In this document: one piece after another, positions 1-12,700 of the stretch
How positions within the stretch are numbered: position 1 is the stretch's first letter
Layout of the letters: the number at the start of each line of letters is the position of its first letter
NCBI GenBank assembly: GCA_038087875.1
Contig: CM075977.1
Span: forward strand, 233,058,001 to 233,122,000
Length of the DNA stretch: 64,000 nt
Reading direction: 5' to 3'
Source of the DNA: Malacoraja senta
Taxonomy: Eukaryota
Program-made: the position numbers and the translations under genes
Notes under the pieces: model-generated
Databases searched by the model: none
The model's input: the letters and a program-made list of their open reading frames with translations, nothing else
Told to the model about the DNA's origin: nothing

Positions 1-172
1 TCCAAAATATGACATTGTTATTTTATTTTGCGTTGTTGTACATGAACAGACATTGCAGGATAACTGGTTCCACATTCGCAGAAGGAGCTCCCAAATATAT
101 GCATCACTCTGTCAGAAACTTCCCCCAGTAACAGAAATACATGAGGCATTAAAAATCAGAAACCATCTAGTA

Positions 173-763
173 CAGGGGTCGGCAACCTACGGCCCCCGGG
201 CCGAATGCGGCCCGTAACCCTAAATCATCCAGCCCGCAGGAGTATTTTCTCTTCTGTAATCACCCGGCCCAGACTTTCATCATCTCCGGTACCTCCCGGG
301 CCCGAGGCCGCGATGCCCAGTTACGGTGATGCAAGGAGGCCTGCGCTGGCAGCCGCAATGGTGGAGCTGGCGAGCGCAGCCGAACGCTGAGCTCTGGCTG
401 TACTGCATCCTGCGCAAAGCCACCAGCACAGCTGCGCACCTTCTGTGTCAGGGCTTCACTGTCAGGATTGGGGTTGTCAATAGGCCGGGGACAAGTGAGT
501 GTGAGTATTTGAGCCACTGCCTTCAGGACAGAGCCAAGGCAATGGTCTGTAGGTACGCCATGTTGGTGAGTGCCCGTAACTAGGGGCCAGTGCTCCGGGT
601 GGCGTCCTCGAAGGGGCGGAATCTATGTGAACACGTGATTTGATGCCTGCCACCCTGGGCGGGATGGGGGCGGGATCCATGTGTACACGTGATAGATGTG
701 GCCCGCCATGCGCTCACAGACATGCGTCCTGGCCCCTATGCGGAACAAGGTAGCCGACCCCAG
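173..763. mobile_element. Non-autonomous hAT (Charlie-like) DNA transposon
   Basis: TIRs CAGGGGTCGGCAACCT / AGGTAGCCGACCCCAG (14/16); 8-bp TSD ATCTAGTA / ATCTAGAA fitting the Charlie NTCTAGAN target; GC-rich interior without a transposase ORF. Confidence 0.88.
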
Positions 764-1350
764 ATCTAGAAGATATCGTCAAATTTACCATTGCACATTA
801 GAACAACCTAATAAAATAGAAAAGGTTGAAGCTGTCTTTTATCAGAATTTTACCAAAGTATTAATCTGCATTTTTGTGAATACATTGCTGATTTTCCCAG
901 CAAAATCCAACATTTTATGCTTTCATTCAATTTCCAAGCAGCATAACAATTTCCAAGTTAGTGTACCATCCTGAATAAGTAATAAGTGTTATATTTTATC
1001 TTGGCTACTTCATATTGCAGAGCAAATCTTCCAGAGTGGGTTATGTTATTTTTTTGCCTTATGACACAGGCGTCATGAATAAAATGCACTATTCTCCAAT
1101 TCCTGAAGATTTTCCATGAAGCTTTGGCTTCTGGAGCTGAAGACTAGGGAGTCCATGATATCGCCTGTAGCTGGTTGGCAAGAGTTAAGTTGAAGGATGT
1201 TTCTGGCACAATGCCCAGCGCTAGTTAAAACCTCCCAGCACTGTGGCCAATAGTTTTATGAAGAAAGGACATGGGTGATGGGAACAATGATTAAACCCAT
1301 AGCAGTGCATGCAGTCTAATCAAATCATCTAAAACTAGCTTTAATCTTAC

Positions 1351-1568
1351 CTTCACAGTAGTATAATTGCTGCTTTCCTGGACATGAATTAAAATACCAT
1401 TTTTGCTTCTTGTTCTGAACTTTATGTCCAAGCTGCTTGCACTCACAGGATCAGGAGGCAGCCGCTTCAAACTCTGCCGTAATAAATAGTCCCGCTTCTT
1501 ATTCTGATTAATCATATAGTCCAGGCGTCCTCTACCATCCAATGACAAAGCAGTGTCCACGTTGATCA
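1351..1568 (-). CDS. FAT4: FAT4 internal exon (218 bp), start of LamG2: INVDTALSLDGRGRLDY...KFRTRSKNGILIHVQESSNYTTVK
   Basis: Acceptor tttctctag|TG, donor AAG|gtaaga; overlaps ORF 1291-1581. Confidence 0.95.
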
Positions 1569-1679
1569 CTAGAGAAACCATATTTTTGATCAGAATTATC
1601 GTTGACTTTAAAACACTTGAAAAGAGCTAACCCAGCTCACGTTACAGTCAGTTAATTATTAATGATGTGGAAGAATATG

Positions 1680-1790
1680 AGCGAAGGAACTGCAGATGCT
1701 GGTTTAAACCGAAGATATACACAACAGGACAGGCAGCATCTCTGGAGAGAAGGAATAGGTGACGTTTGATGTCGAGACTCTTTTTCAGCA
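1680..1790 (-). mobile_element. Penelope-derived terminal fragment with degenerate hammerhead motif
   Basis: Same motif family as 26344-26465 and 61442-61660 (gaaggaactgcagatgctggtttaaacc...ggtgacgttt). Confidence 0.7.
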
Positions 1791-2119
1791 TCAAATTATG
1801 CAATGCATCGGTCATTTTCTTCATTAGAGTGGAGAAAGTTGAAGGGTGAACTAATAGAGATACAACCTCTCAACCTTGGTCCACCGGTCAACAGAATCAC
1901 AACAAATTTCATCGTTGACCTCCATTACACTTTCCTGGTTGATTACCACAATCATGACTGCACAGCCTTAAATGGACAGACTTTCAATACATTGAATTGA
2001 ATTTAAATTCCACAGCTTCTGTATTAAGAGTCCAAACTCTTGACGTTGAATCATTCATCAGTCACTGAAGTCTGAGGCCAGTAACTATCCACTATGCAGC
2101 TGGATCCAGTGGCTTATCA

Positions 2120-2552
2120 TAGAAATTAAAAAATAGGTGCAGGAATAGGCCATTCGGCCCTTCAATATGATCATGGCTGATCATCTAAAATCAATAAACT
2201 GTTCCCACTTTTTCCCCCCATATCCCTTGATTCCTTTAGCCCTCAGAGCTAAATCTAACTCTCTCTTGAAAACATCCAGTGAATTGGCCTCCACTGCCTT
2301 CTGTGGCAGAGAATTCCACAGATTCACAACTCTCTGGGTGAAAACGTTTTTCCTCATCTCAGTCCTAAATGGCCTACCCCTTATTCTTAAACTGTAACCC
2401 CTCGTTTTGGACTCCCCCAACATCGGGAACATTTTTCCTGCATCTAGCCTGTCCAATCCTTTAAGAATTGTATATGTTTCTATTAGATCCCTCTCATCCT
2501 TCTGAATTCCAGTGAATATAAGCCCAGTCGACCCAATGTTTCATCATATGTC
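2120..2552 (-). mobile_element. CR1-type LINE 3' fragment
   Basis: ORF2 C-terminus ESKTRGYSLRIRGRPFRTEMRKNVFTQRVVNLWNSLPQ plus 3' UTR. Confidence 0.9.
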
Positions 2553-3809
2553 ATTTTCCATTAACAACGTGAGGTCACAGGAACGCATTTATAAACCACT
2601 TAAGGAAACATTCAGAAGAGTGTTTCATGCAAAGAGTTATGAGAACCTGATTATTATTACAAATGGTGATTGAAAAATGGCAATCTGGGCATTGAAACCA
2701 GAAATATATCAGATGGAAAAATAAAATTTGGAAAAGCTGATGGGATTTGTTGGAGAGTGGGGAGCTGATAGCAGGACAGGTTCAAAACCTCAATGGTCTC
2801 CTTCTAATATGACATTTCTAGTTCAATGATAGTCATCCTACTAAGGGATAACGTTAGTAGCACACTGGAAACAAATTTGGAAATGGAAGCTTGGACTGTT
2901 TCTGAAGCTTTATTGCAGAGGGAAATGGTGATATTAGAGAAAGTCGCTCAGAGCCCAATACAACGCTGGCTACAGTTATGACAGAATTGGCACTGCTGAA
3001 AATACAAATTAAAAGCAAAGAGTTTGGAATGTAGTAAAAATTAGTCATTTACGTTTAACAACGCTACACATTCTCACATTAACTCCTGCACTATGTCAAT
3101 TCTGCACCATGCCTTGTTTATTTATAGGATCTGACAACAAGTTTTCATCTTGACTAATCCAGAACCTCTGAACAAAAATATACAATGGTGAAAAAGCATT
3201 TCAGTGTATTATTGTCATGCCATGAGGCCAACAGAAACAGTGTGGCCACACAATGGTCTATCATACATTCTGAAAGTCTTGGGTCACTGGTTCAATTGTT
3301 GGGTTCAACTGTAGTAAAGTATGTGATAATAAACTTGTCAGTACACAGTGGAACGCTGAGTGGGATGGTCCCCAGCCTCTTGGGTCACTGAGACCACTTG
3401 TACCAACCTGGCAGGCTGCCAATACCTTATTCATGTTGAACTGAGGTTCTATCACCAAAATGTTTTTCTTTCACTTTCAGACTATAGTAGGGATTTAACA
3501 GTCCAGCTGTGAAAACATACTGCTTTGCAATAATCACCAGCTTCTTCATTTCTAATTCAGGTCAGCAATTTTGAACTCCACATGTACAATCCTGCCACCC
3601 AGTTTTATTTAACAGTCAGAATTAATTACATTCATCATAGGCGTAAAAAGGTCAGAATTTCATAAAACCCCGGTTGCTGTAACGAACTCAGCCCCATAAA
3701 GAATTATAACCTATTCCTCGCAATACTGCTATTTCATGCTATGGTACAGCAATGGAACCTCACACATACTAGATAGATAGATAAACAAGTTAAAAATTCA
3801 AAGCCTTAC

Positions 3810-3934
3810 ATTTTTCACAGTATTTTCCTGCATACCCATGCTTGCAATTACAGTGCTGCCATGACCAGTAATCCACACACGAGCTCCCATGTTGGCATGG
3901 GCTATTTAGGCAGACTCCTTCGATTCGGAAACAC
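3810..3934 (-). CDS. FAT4: FAT4 internal exon (125 bp), EGF-like: CFRIEGVCLNSPCQHGSSCVDYWSWQHCNCKHGYAGKYCEK
   Basis: Read manually; acceptor tttttttcag|G, donor AAAT|gtaagg. Confidence 0.95.
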
Positions 3935-4464
3935 CTGAAAAAAAACAGAATTTTGAGTCATGAATGAACGCAGCAGGCAAAAGATGATTTTTTTTTAAAA
4001 TGAAGCAAAACTGAAATGTCACATTTATTCTGGGCAGTTTTGCTTTGCTATGGATTACTAAGCTTTCATAATTGGTAGAAATATAAAATAGAACACTGCC
4101 ATGGCATGGGTGAAGCAGAGAATAAGGATACAATAAGAGAAACAGACTCACTCATAATAAGCTCCTTTAATTTCCTCTAATTGAATAATCAAAAACTTTT
4201 AACAGTGAGAATTCAAATTGGCTCAAAAGTCCAAAATATCATTATTGTATTGGTGGTTTTAAAATAAAATTAAGTTCTGTTTTAGCAGAGCTGTGCTTAC
4301 TTTTCCCAATCTTTCATAATATGTTTAACTCTCCACAAGTATATTTTAAATAAAGTCAATATTTTTATCATTCATTGCTGATTCTTCACTTTAAAAAGGA
4401 AGAAAGGGAAAACACGTTTCAAAAGGACAAACTTGTGAAAAGTCAAAGTTTGATGAACATAGAA

Positions 4465-4717
4465 TTTTACTTCGGAGTCACGTGAGTGACTACGTGAAGA
4501 AGAGCCCGTCCAGCCGCACACGCGTCAATCTTCAAAGCAGCGGAGTGAAATCACAGACAATTACTGAAGTATGATAGTAAGATACATAAAGACTAGAACT
4601 ACCAGCTCAATCTTTTATGAGGGTGGGAGCGGAGGGCACGTAATCCCTCAACCTAACTCCTCATAAAATAAAGATCAAACTTCAAACTGGTAAGTTCTCG
4701 TTTAATCTTACTATTTT
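4465..4717. mobile_element. Short DIRS-like (tyrosine-recombinase retroelement) non-autonomous or terminal remnant
   Basis: CpG-rich island bounded by TTTT at both ends; internal segment ~4574-4622 is imperfectly complementary to the right terminus ~4659-4714, resembling the ICR/ITR arrangement. Confidence 0.55.
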
Positions 4718-4854
4718 GTGGCATTGTCATGTTTCAGTGCTTTCCAATCCCTTATTTGCTCAGTTTGCATTAGGACTTTCCAATGATAACATCTTGAACA
4801 AGATGGCACCAAAATGGTTGATAAGACCATAGGCACCGTGGGCCCCGTATCACC

Positions 4855-5495
4855 GAGTCATAGAGATGCAGCATGGAAAAAAGGCCCTTTCGTTCACTGA
4901 GTCTGCACTGATCATCAACCACCTATTTACACCAATCCTACATTAATCCCATTTTTAATTTTCACATGCTCCCCCCAGATTCTACCACTCAATAGACAAT
5001 AGACAATAGGTGCAGGAGTAGGCCATTCGGCCCTTCGAGCCAGCACTGCCATTCAATGTGATCATGGCTGATCATCCCCAATCAGTACCCCGTTCCTGCC
5101 TTCTCCCCATATCCCCTGACTCCGCTATTTTTAAGAGCCCTATCTAGCTCCCTCTTGAAAGCATCCAGACAACCTGCCTCCATCGCCCTCTGTGGCAGAG
5201 AATTCCACAGACTCACCACACTCTGTGAGAAAGTGTTTCCTCGTCTCCGTTCTAAATGGCTTACTCCTTATTCTTAAACTGTGGCCCCTGTGGCCACTCA
5301 ACTATTGAACGACAAACAAGTGGTAGTTTTACTTATCAACCCACACATCTTTGGGATGTGGGAGGAAATCAGAGCACCTGGAGGAAACCCACATGGTCAC
5401 AGGGACAATGTGCATACTTCATGCAAAGAGCACCCAAGTCAGGATTGAACCTGGCTCTCTGGCACTGTGAGCCAGTGGTTCCACTGACTGTGCCA
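4855..5495 (-). mobile_element. V-SINE (HE1-like) interrupted by a CR1 3' fragment (4993-5293)
   Basis: V-domain (tgggatgtgggaggaaa...ggaaaccca); nested CR1 piece flanked by 8-bp TSD CCACTCAA at 4985-4992 and 5294-5301. Confidence 0.82.
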
Positions 5496-5868
5496 CCTAT
5501 GGTTGCAAATGGCATCACATGTCAGGGACTGAATAAGTCCCCTCCATGGAAGCAATTTGACATTTGGTTCAGCCACCCCTCTAGCTGTCAAAGCTTTGAA
5601 ACAACGTGAGTGTTTGTGAATTTCTTTGGCACTTACCAATACTGAAAAGCAATTTAAAATCAAGCCTGCGTTAAAAATCTAAAATCCAAAATAAAGATTA
5701 TATTCAGAAAAAAAACGTAATCTAATGAAATACATTTAAGTTAATTCAATTAATTGAACAAAGTAAATTACCCTGTACTTAGTTCTCACTTTAAAAGCCA
5801 TTCCTCCCCATTGAAATGAATGCATCAAATCCAATCAATCAATAGGCAGATTTTCCGATGTAACTACC

Positions 5869-5904
5869 AGGGAATTGCAGAAAGCTAGGGAATTGCAGAA
5901 AGCT
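5869..5904. repeat. Perfect 18-bp tandem duplication AGGGAATTGCAGAAAGCT x2
   Basis: Directly visible. Confidence 0.9.
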
Positions 5905-6378
5905 AGTGATTTATCTGTGGTCTCCATGAGGAGTCCAGCATTGGAGTGGTGGCAGGTTCCTCTCATGTAGTTTGTGCCTTCAGCAGTTGTGTATATTTAC
6001 ATGATTCTTTTGCCAACCTTTTATGCTCGTTATGTTTTGGCAAATATCTCATCATTAAATTTCAATTGCACCAATATAAATATAAAGATCAAAAAGATCA
6101 TAAATCTGTAATTTGAAATAAATGCTGAAGTGATTTTACCCAAATAAAATTCCAGCTTTTTAAATGTTGTAAATTGTCTGAAAATGTTGCGGTTATTAAT
6201 GGGACAAATCATAACATTTTGGTACAGTATTCCTTTCTTCCATTTTAATGGGGCCATAAATCTCTTAACGCTGTCAACAGAATTGAGGACAGAGAATGTC
6301 ACATGAACACTGCAAGTATGTCATTTCTGTGACCAGTTTCACAGAATAGATAGAAAATGTAATTGTTAAATGTCCGAC

Positions 6379-6558
6379 CTGTCTAGAATCCCGTGATTTG
6401 CTAGAGCTTGACTGGGTTCGAGTGGCCGTCCGTTAACAGCAAATTCCATGACACATCCAACAAAATCATGTGTAACAACTTGGCCTTTCCTTTGAAGAAT
6501 TGGTTCTATCGATCTGATTCCACCTATTGTTAATCTATTGGGTTGTACTTCCAGTGTC
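6379..6558 (-). CDS. FAT4: FAT4 internal exon (180 bp), LamG1 C-part: TLEVQPNRLTIGGIRSIEPILQRKGQVVTHDFVGCVMEFAVNGRPLEPSQALANHGILD
   Basis: Read manually; acceptor ttcaacag|G, donor AG|gtcgga; phase 2-2. Confidence 0.94.
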
Positions 6559-6959
6559 CTGTTGAATCAAATAAATAAATGAAAAGTCAAATTAATGCAA
6601 AAAAACTGTAAACCTACTTTAATTTCCCTAAAGGAGCATATGAAACTCTAATATAAACACTGACTTTTAAACTGAATTCATGACTTAGGTGTGCAATACA
6701 TTCATTTTCAGTGTAACACAGACAAATACCACTTTTCCTAAATAAGTATCTGATTGTAACCATTTCCGGTCAATTAAATAGATACAAATGCAGTCCTTTG
6801 CCGCAGATGGAATGTTGCCCAAATGATAAACCTGGAAATTCCACTGGGAACCTATGGTTGTGAATCACCGTTGTCCATTTATACAGTTTCCAATCTACAA
6901 CTAATTGGGCTATTTATCGAGGTTAATTATTAACTTGTTTCATGCCCGCTAAAATTGTC

Positions 6960-7137
6960 TTTTTTTAAAATTTATCAAAAAATGTATTCAATTATTTAAA
7001 AATAATATTTACACTACAATAAAACAAACCAGAACCCACCACCATAATACAATACAAACAAATATCCTAAATAAACTACTATACAACTATGTTACAATCC
7101 TTATTGAGGATGCATTCAACCCCCTGCGGTGTCCAGA
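6960..7137 (-). mobile_element. 5'-truncated L1/Tx1-clade LINE 3' end with A-rich tail
   Basis: 10-bp TSD TAAAATTGTC at 6950-6959 and 7138-7147; minus strand reads WTPQGVECILNKDCNIVV* then an A-rich tail. Confidence 0.72.
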
Positions 7138-7349
7138 TAAAATTGTCCTCTTGGTGAGTGAGCCTTACTGTTGAGTTACAGCACTGTTCCTCAAATCTTA
7201 CTATGAGCCGTTACAACAAATGCTTGATAAAATGACAGAAAAGAAGCAACATGCACTTTTTTAAAGTCTTCTACTCTTTCCTTTGCAGGTGCCTGGCCGT
7301 ATAACTGCTTGCCCCGCCTCCACTATTCTAACCAGTGGGAGAGGAGGAT

Positions 7350-7485
7350 ATGTGTAGGAAGGAGCTGCAGATGCTGGTTTACATCGAAGAAAGAAACAAA
7401 ATGCTGGAGTAACTCAGTGGGACAGGCAGCATCTCTAAAGTGAAGGAATGGGTGACAATTTGGGTCGTGACCCTTCTTCAGGCTG
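7350..7485 (-). mobile_element. Penelope-derived terminal fragment with degenerate hammerhead motif
   Basis: Reverse strand reads ctgaagaagggtcacgacccaaattgtcacc followed by the family 3' tail. Confidence 0.75.
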
Positions 7486-7830
7486 AGGTATCTGGCTCAC
7501 TTAAACCCCAGCTTGCGTGGATCCCTAAACTGTAGTGTGAGCCCAGTTCAAGATTCAGCTTCTTCTGGAAGCAAATGGTACCCACTGTTAGTGTCTCTGC
7601 TGCCACAGGTAAACAGGCACCAGGTTCCTACTTCATTGACACATGGAAAAATCAAAACATGGGCCAAACAGGTGGAAATCAAATCGACCCTTTGAAAATT
7701 CTGAATTTCCACTTCCTTCATGATATGTAAAGCTGCAGAATGTCAGTCGTTTAAGAAGACAACCTGTTCTCTGCAAGGTGACAAGAAGGGATAGTGGGTA
7801 CACTAGTTTATTTAATGCACTCCAAGTAGA

Positions 7831-8115
7831 AGTTTAGTTTCAAGATACAGCGCAGAAACAGCCCCTTTGGCCTACTGAGTCCGTGCTGACCTAGCACTAT
7901 TCTACACTCGAGGGACAATTTACAATATTTACCAAAGCCAATTTGCCTACAAACCTATACGTCTTTGGAGTGTGGGAGGAAACCGGAACACACGGGGAAA
8001 CCCACGCGGTCATGGGGAGAACGTACAAACACCATACAGACAGCACCCATAGTCAGGATCGAACCCGGGTCTCTGGCACTGTAACGCAGCAACTCTACTG
8101 CTGCACCACCGTGCT
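7831..8115 (-). mobile_element. V-SINE (HE1-like, tRNA-derived head, CR1-like tail)
   Basis: Head with A/B-box-like ggtggtgcagcagtagag...ggttcgatcc, V-domain gtacgttctccccatgaccgcgtgggtttc, tail ending tgtatcttgaaactaaac. Confidence 0.88.
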
Positions 8116-9019
8116 ATGAAAGAAACTGCTAACAACTTGGAAATTTTGTGCAAGTTTTCATCTTTCACCATAACTTCAGAAGTATATCAGAGAAGCCCTG
8201 GAAAAATAGAATAATTTTAGAAATCAATTATTTTCATTATTTCTTTGAGGGTAGGGCTTTTGATAAATTACACTGCGAAATCCAGAAAAGCCCATGCAAT
8301 TTCCTAGTTGATCATTAACTGACATTTTTCAGTCACAGACTCCCACTGAAACTCAGAAACCATGCCATTAGGAAGATCTCATTATCCATGATGCTATAAA
8401 AAGTAAACACAAAAGCTGTTTTTCTCCTTCAGAGTTATCAAAGACTAGACAATCAGGCCCCACTAAATATCTATAAACCACACTGGTACTTTTTGTGATA
8501 TTCCAACTGGTACTGCGCAGATTATGTATTAAAAAGGTTTGCGTTAATTTGAACAAAGTTGTAAATAGTCAGTGAAATAATAAACAAAAGCCAAAACCAA
8601 AATGTCATATGACAGCAGATATAACTCTGTCTACACGTCAACAGCTGTTACACTTAAAAATAACTGAATGCATGCACTTCTTTTACCATTGCAAAAAAGC
8701 AAGTACTTTTTTTCTTTCAGAAAAATAGCTTCTAATTGTTTTAAAGGAATTGGCCTAAATCCTTCTGATATATAATAAAGATGTTTTACCCGTTAATTGT
8801 GCAAAATGGATTCCACGTTCCAGAGGAGTCACGATTTTAGAATCTGCAGCACTTGCTATTTGATTTAGGTTATTGTGCCGTGGGCTTTGCACAAGTGTAA
8901 TCTCACCAAATCGTTTGTATTTTTAGTCATTTACAGTATTTATAAATTAATTGTCCATTAGATATGTGGCAGCAATTTCAAGCTGGTGATTAAGAGCCCA
9001 CCTATTCCTTTAATCTCAT

Positions 9020-9330
9020 GATTGTTGTTATGTGTACTTCTTCCAATCTTGTGTATTGCATTCGATGTTCACAATATGGTCTCTCTCAGAATGTATGTAT
9101 GGGGGTCAAGTTATTATCATTGAGGAGCATTTGCATTGTGTCTACTAAGGTGATCAAGAGCTCCCAATTGCCTGCTTCTTTAATTCTCCGTCTACTCCTC
9201 CACTGACTCCATCTCTGGCTCCTGCACTGTTATATTATGGCACAAAGTAACCTTGTGAAAGAGCATCTTCTTCTGTCTGGGCACGTTGCAGTGTTCTAGA
9301 CTTACTACTGAATTCTTCAACTTCAGGCAA
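9020..9330 (+). mobile_element. Old Penelope-like element fragment (GIY-YIG endonuclease region)
   Basis: CTSSNLVYCIRCSQ motif, homologous to 31950-32330. Confidence 0.72.
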
Positions 9331-9505
9331 CTTGCCCTCCCTGTTCATATGAGAACTGGCCACTTCTGTGATTTTGGCTCTGATTTTCTCTCTCCATTAG
9401 CACAGCTGGACCTGTTGGCATATCTGATAGCTCTGCATTTCTAAACCTTTTACATTCCATTGATTGTATACGTAATGCTTAACTGCCCCCATTTTTTAGC
9501 TAATG

Positions 9506-9795
9506 TTCAGTCAAGAGATACAGTGGAGAAACAGGCCCTTCGGCCCACTGAGTCCACGCCGACCAACGATCACCAGTACACTAGTTCAGTCCTACACACT
9601 AGGAACAATTTGCAGATGCTAATTAACCTACAAACCCATATATCTTTATAGTGTGGGAGGAAACCGGAGCACCCGGAGAAAACCCACGTGGTCACGGGGA
9701 GAGCATACAAACTCCGTACAGCCAGCACTTGTAGTCAGGATTGCACCCAGGTCTCTGACGCTGTAAGGCAGCAACTCTACCGCTGTGCCACTGTG
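9506..9795 (-). mobile_element. V-SINE (HE1-like)
   Basis: Same head, V-domain and tail as 7831-8115. Confidence 0.88.
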
Positions 9796-10674
9796 TAACC
9801 CTTTTCTTTTTATTCAGCTACTCATATTGACCTATTGACTAGCTGACCATTACATCATATCCCCATGGCAACCCTGACCACATCAAATCAGAGGTACAAT
9901 TTTGTCTTGTCCATCTTCCTGCCACCTTCTCTGCAGTAAATCACTAACATATCTTCTCTTTTTCCCAGTTCGAATGAAGCATGTTGCACATGAAACATTA
10001 ACTCAGTTTGCCTTTGCATGGATGCTGCCTGGGTTGCTGAATTTTTCTACCCAATTCTGGAATGATGGAAACATTCCGTATCTTCAACAGTTTTGATTTT
10101 TCCTTTCTGACCTACGTTTAACATCTCATGCAGTTCGCCACAATGTGTTATTGCCTCAGCGGAAAAATTTACAAAACTGAAAGATATATGAAGAAACAAA
10201 TGCATATTGAAATGTAATTTTTTAATTGATTTCATAACCGTATTTCACAATCCTGTTTTTGCATGCCAAAGCTTTTATAGAATCTTCCTGCAGAGTTGGC
10301 TCACAACTATACAAAGCTTCTAATTGTTAACAGAGTCACATTCAATTAATCTTCGAGGCAGCTTAATCATAAGTAGTGTGAGCTGCATCCACAAATTGAG
10401 TGCAATACTGTTACAAAGTGTGTAACAATATTTATTGAATGAATGCCATTTTGATTCATTTGTGCAAGGTCACAGATTTTCAATTGTTACCAGTTTGGGT
10501 GAAATATCTACTTCTCAATTATTAACAGATTTTTAAAAGATATTTGTGACATTATATGTCATCTGCTGGATTGTTCAGCTGGAACTAAGCTGTCTTCAAG
10601 TAGAGCTGTCTGGTAGAGAGTCAACAACCTATCTGAAGGAGATTCAACAACTTCAAGTACCTGGACATACTTAT

Positions 10675-11078
10675 CTCTAAAGGATGAGGGGGAATCTTAT
10701 AGAAACATATAAAATTTTAAAAGGACTGGACAAGCTAGACGCAGGAAAAATGTTTCCAATGTTGGGCGAGTCCAGAACCAGGGGCCACACTTAGAATAAA
10801 GGGGAGGCCAGTTAAGACTGAGGTGAGAAAAAAACGTTTTCACCCAGAGAGTTGTGAATTTGTGGAATTCCCTGCCACAGAGGGCAGTGGAGGCCAAATC
10901 ACTGGATGGATTTAAGAGAGAGTTAGATAGAGCTTCAGGGGCTAGTGGAATCCAGGGATATGGGGAGAAAGCAGGCACGGGTTATTGATTGGGGACGATC
11001 AACCATGATCGCAATGAATGGCGGTGCTGGCTTGAAGGGCCGAATGGCCTCCTCCTGCACCTATTTTCTATGTTTCTA
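10675..11078 (+). mobile_element. CR1-type LINE 3' fragment
   Basis: ttcacccagagagttgtgaatttgtggaattccctgcc motif; 3' UTR ending cctattttctatgtttctat. Confidence 0.9.
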
Positions 11079-11140
11079 TAAGATCTATCCTGCACATTGA
11101 TGCAATCATAAAGAAAGTCCATCAACGACTCTACTTAGAA

Positions 11141-11310
11141 GGCACAGCGGCACCTGGATTTGATCCTGAATATGGGTGCTATCTGTACAGAGTTTTTATG
11201 TTCTTGCTGTATGTTCATGGGTTTTCTCCGGCTGCTCCTGTTTCCTCGCACATTGCAACGACGTGCGGGTTTGTAGGTTAATTGGCTTTTGTAAATTGCC
11301 CTTAGTTGCA
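11141..11310 (+). mobile_element. Partial V-SINE
   Basis: V-domain gggttttctccggctgctcctgtttcctc. Confidence 0.75.
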
Positions 11311-11327
11311 AAAATGGGATAACATAA

Positions 11328-11770
11328 AGTCATAGAGTGATACAGCGTGGAAACAGGCCCTTTGGCCCAACTTGCCCATACAGGCCAACATGTCCCAGCC
11401 ACACTTGTCCCACCTGCCTGCGTTTGGCCCAGATCCTTCCAAACCTGTCCTATCCATGTACATAGATACATAGACACATAGACAATAGGTGCAGGAGTAG
11501 GCCATTGGGCCCTTCGAGCCAGCACCATCATTCAATGTGATCATGGCTGATCATCAGAACACATGTACCTGTCTAAATGTTTCTTAAACATTGGGATAGT
11601 CCCTGCCTCAACTACCTCCTCTGGCAGCTTGTTCCATACACCTACTACCCTTTGTATGAAAAAGTTACACCAAATTCCTATTAAATCTTTTCCCCTTCAC
11701 GTTAAATCTATGTCCTCTGGTCCTCGATTCACCTACTCTGGGCAAGAGACTCTGTGCATCTACCCGATCC
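11328..11770 (-). mobile_element. CR1 3' fragment (second subfamily) with a nested ~100-bp CR1 tail at 11462-11561
   Basis: Homologous to 21335-21685; nested piece flanked by 7-bp TSD CATGTAC (11455-11461, 11562-11568). Confidence 0.82.
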
Positions 11771-12026
11771 ATTGTGACGTCATTAGGGAATAAGCAGTTA
11801 TTTTTTTTCCAAGTTTCTTCAGATTTGTGAACATTTTGATTAATCTCGAGAAATAATGCATGAATTTTTCAGATAAGGCGATTTTTGATTTCACGGGATA
11901 AATCTCTACCGGGTTATGTCAAATTTTTTACCGTTAGCGCGTCGTTTCTTCGAGTAGATGTGATCGCACACAAACAAATAAATACACACACACATCCAAG
12001 ATCAGAGTTTTATAGTTATAAGGATT
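11771..12026 (+). mobile_element. Helitron/Helentron-like non-autonomous element 3' part
   Basis: Ends in a CAAA/CA microsatellite then caagatcagagttttatagttataaggat, resembling the end of 19365-19725; no TIR or TSD seen. Confidence 0.45.
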
Positions 12027-12700
12027 GTTTCTTATATATATATATGTATGTATATTATAATGTATATAATATATTACATATTTATTGTTATATTATCTAT
12101 TGTTTACTGTTGTACTGCTGCAAGTAAGAATTTTATCATTCTGTTTATGGTATATATGACCAAAAACCACTCGTTTACTTTCTTGACAATTAGTTTTAGA
12201 TAATCTGACTAGGGTGCACATCTTTCCTTCTGTTATTTCTCTCAGTCCTATAACCGACTGACCGCATGACCTCTGGTTTTCCCCCCCAATCGTGCTTTAC
12301 CTTCAACTATCTAAACCCCAAACTTGGACCATTCCAACCCCCAAAAAATGATCTTTTCTCCTTTTAACAATGCAACTTCTCTCTGACTATCTATACTGAT
12401 GTCATCTTCATTCATCTGTGTCAATGAAATATGATCCTGTGAAAAGGGGATTATTTTACTCACGTTAAAGACATAACGCAACACAAGATATTGTTTATTG
12501 TGACTGCAATGTTCTGCATTTAAAATGCACAGTACCTATGTGCTTTTTGCCTTAATTTTAGGTGATAGCTACATAAAGTGCCATTAAGGATGATAAACTG
12601 ATTGAGTGTTTCTCATGCTAATTTGGGAAATAAATCCAGCAAGAATTACATATCCACATATTTTTTCATTAACCAATATACAGCATTTGCTGCCATTTAA

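Noticed and set aside
205-974. Cluster of short GC-rich ORFs
   Set aside because: They lie within or overlap the hAT MITE; no recognisable domains
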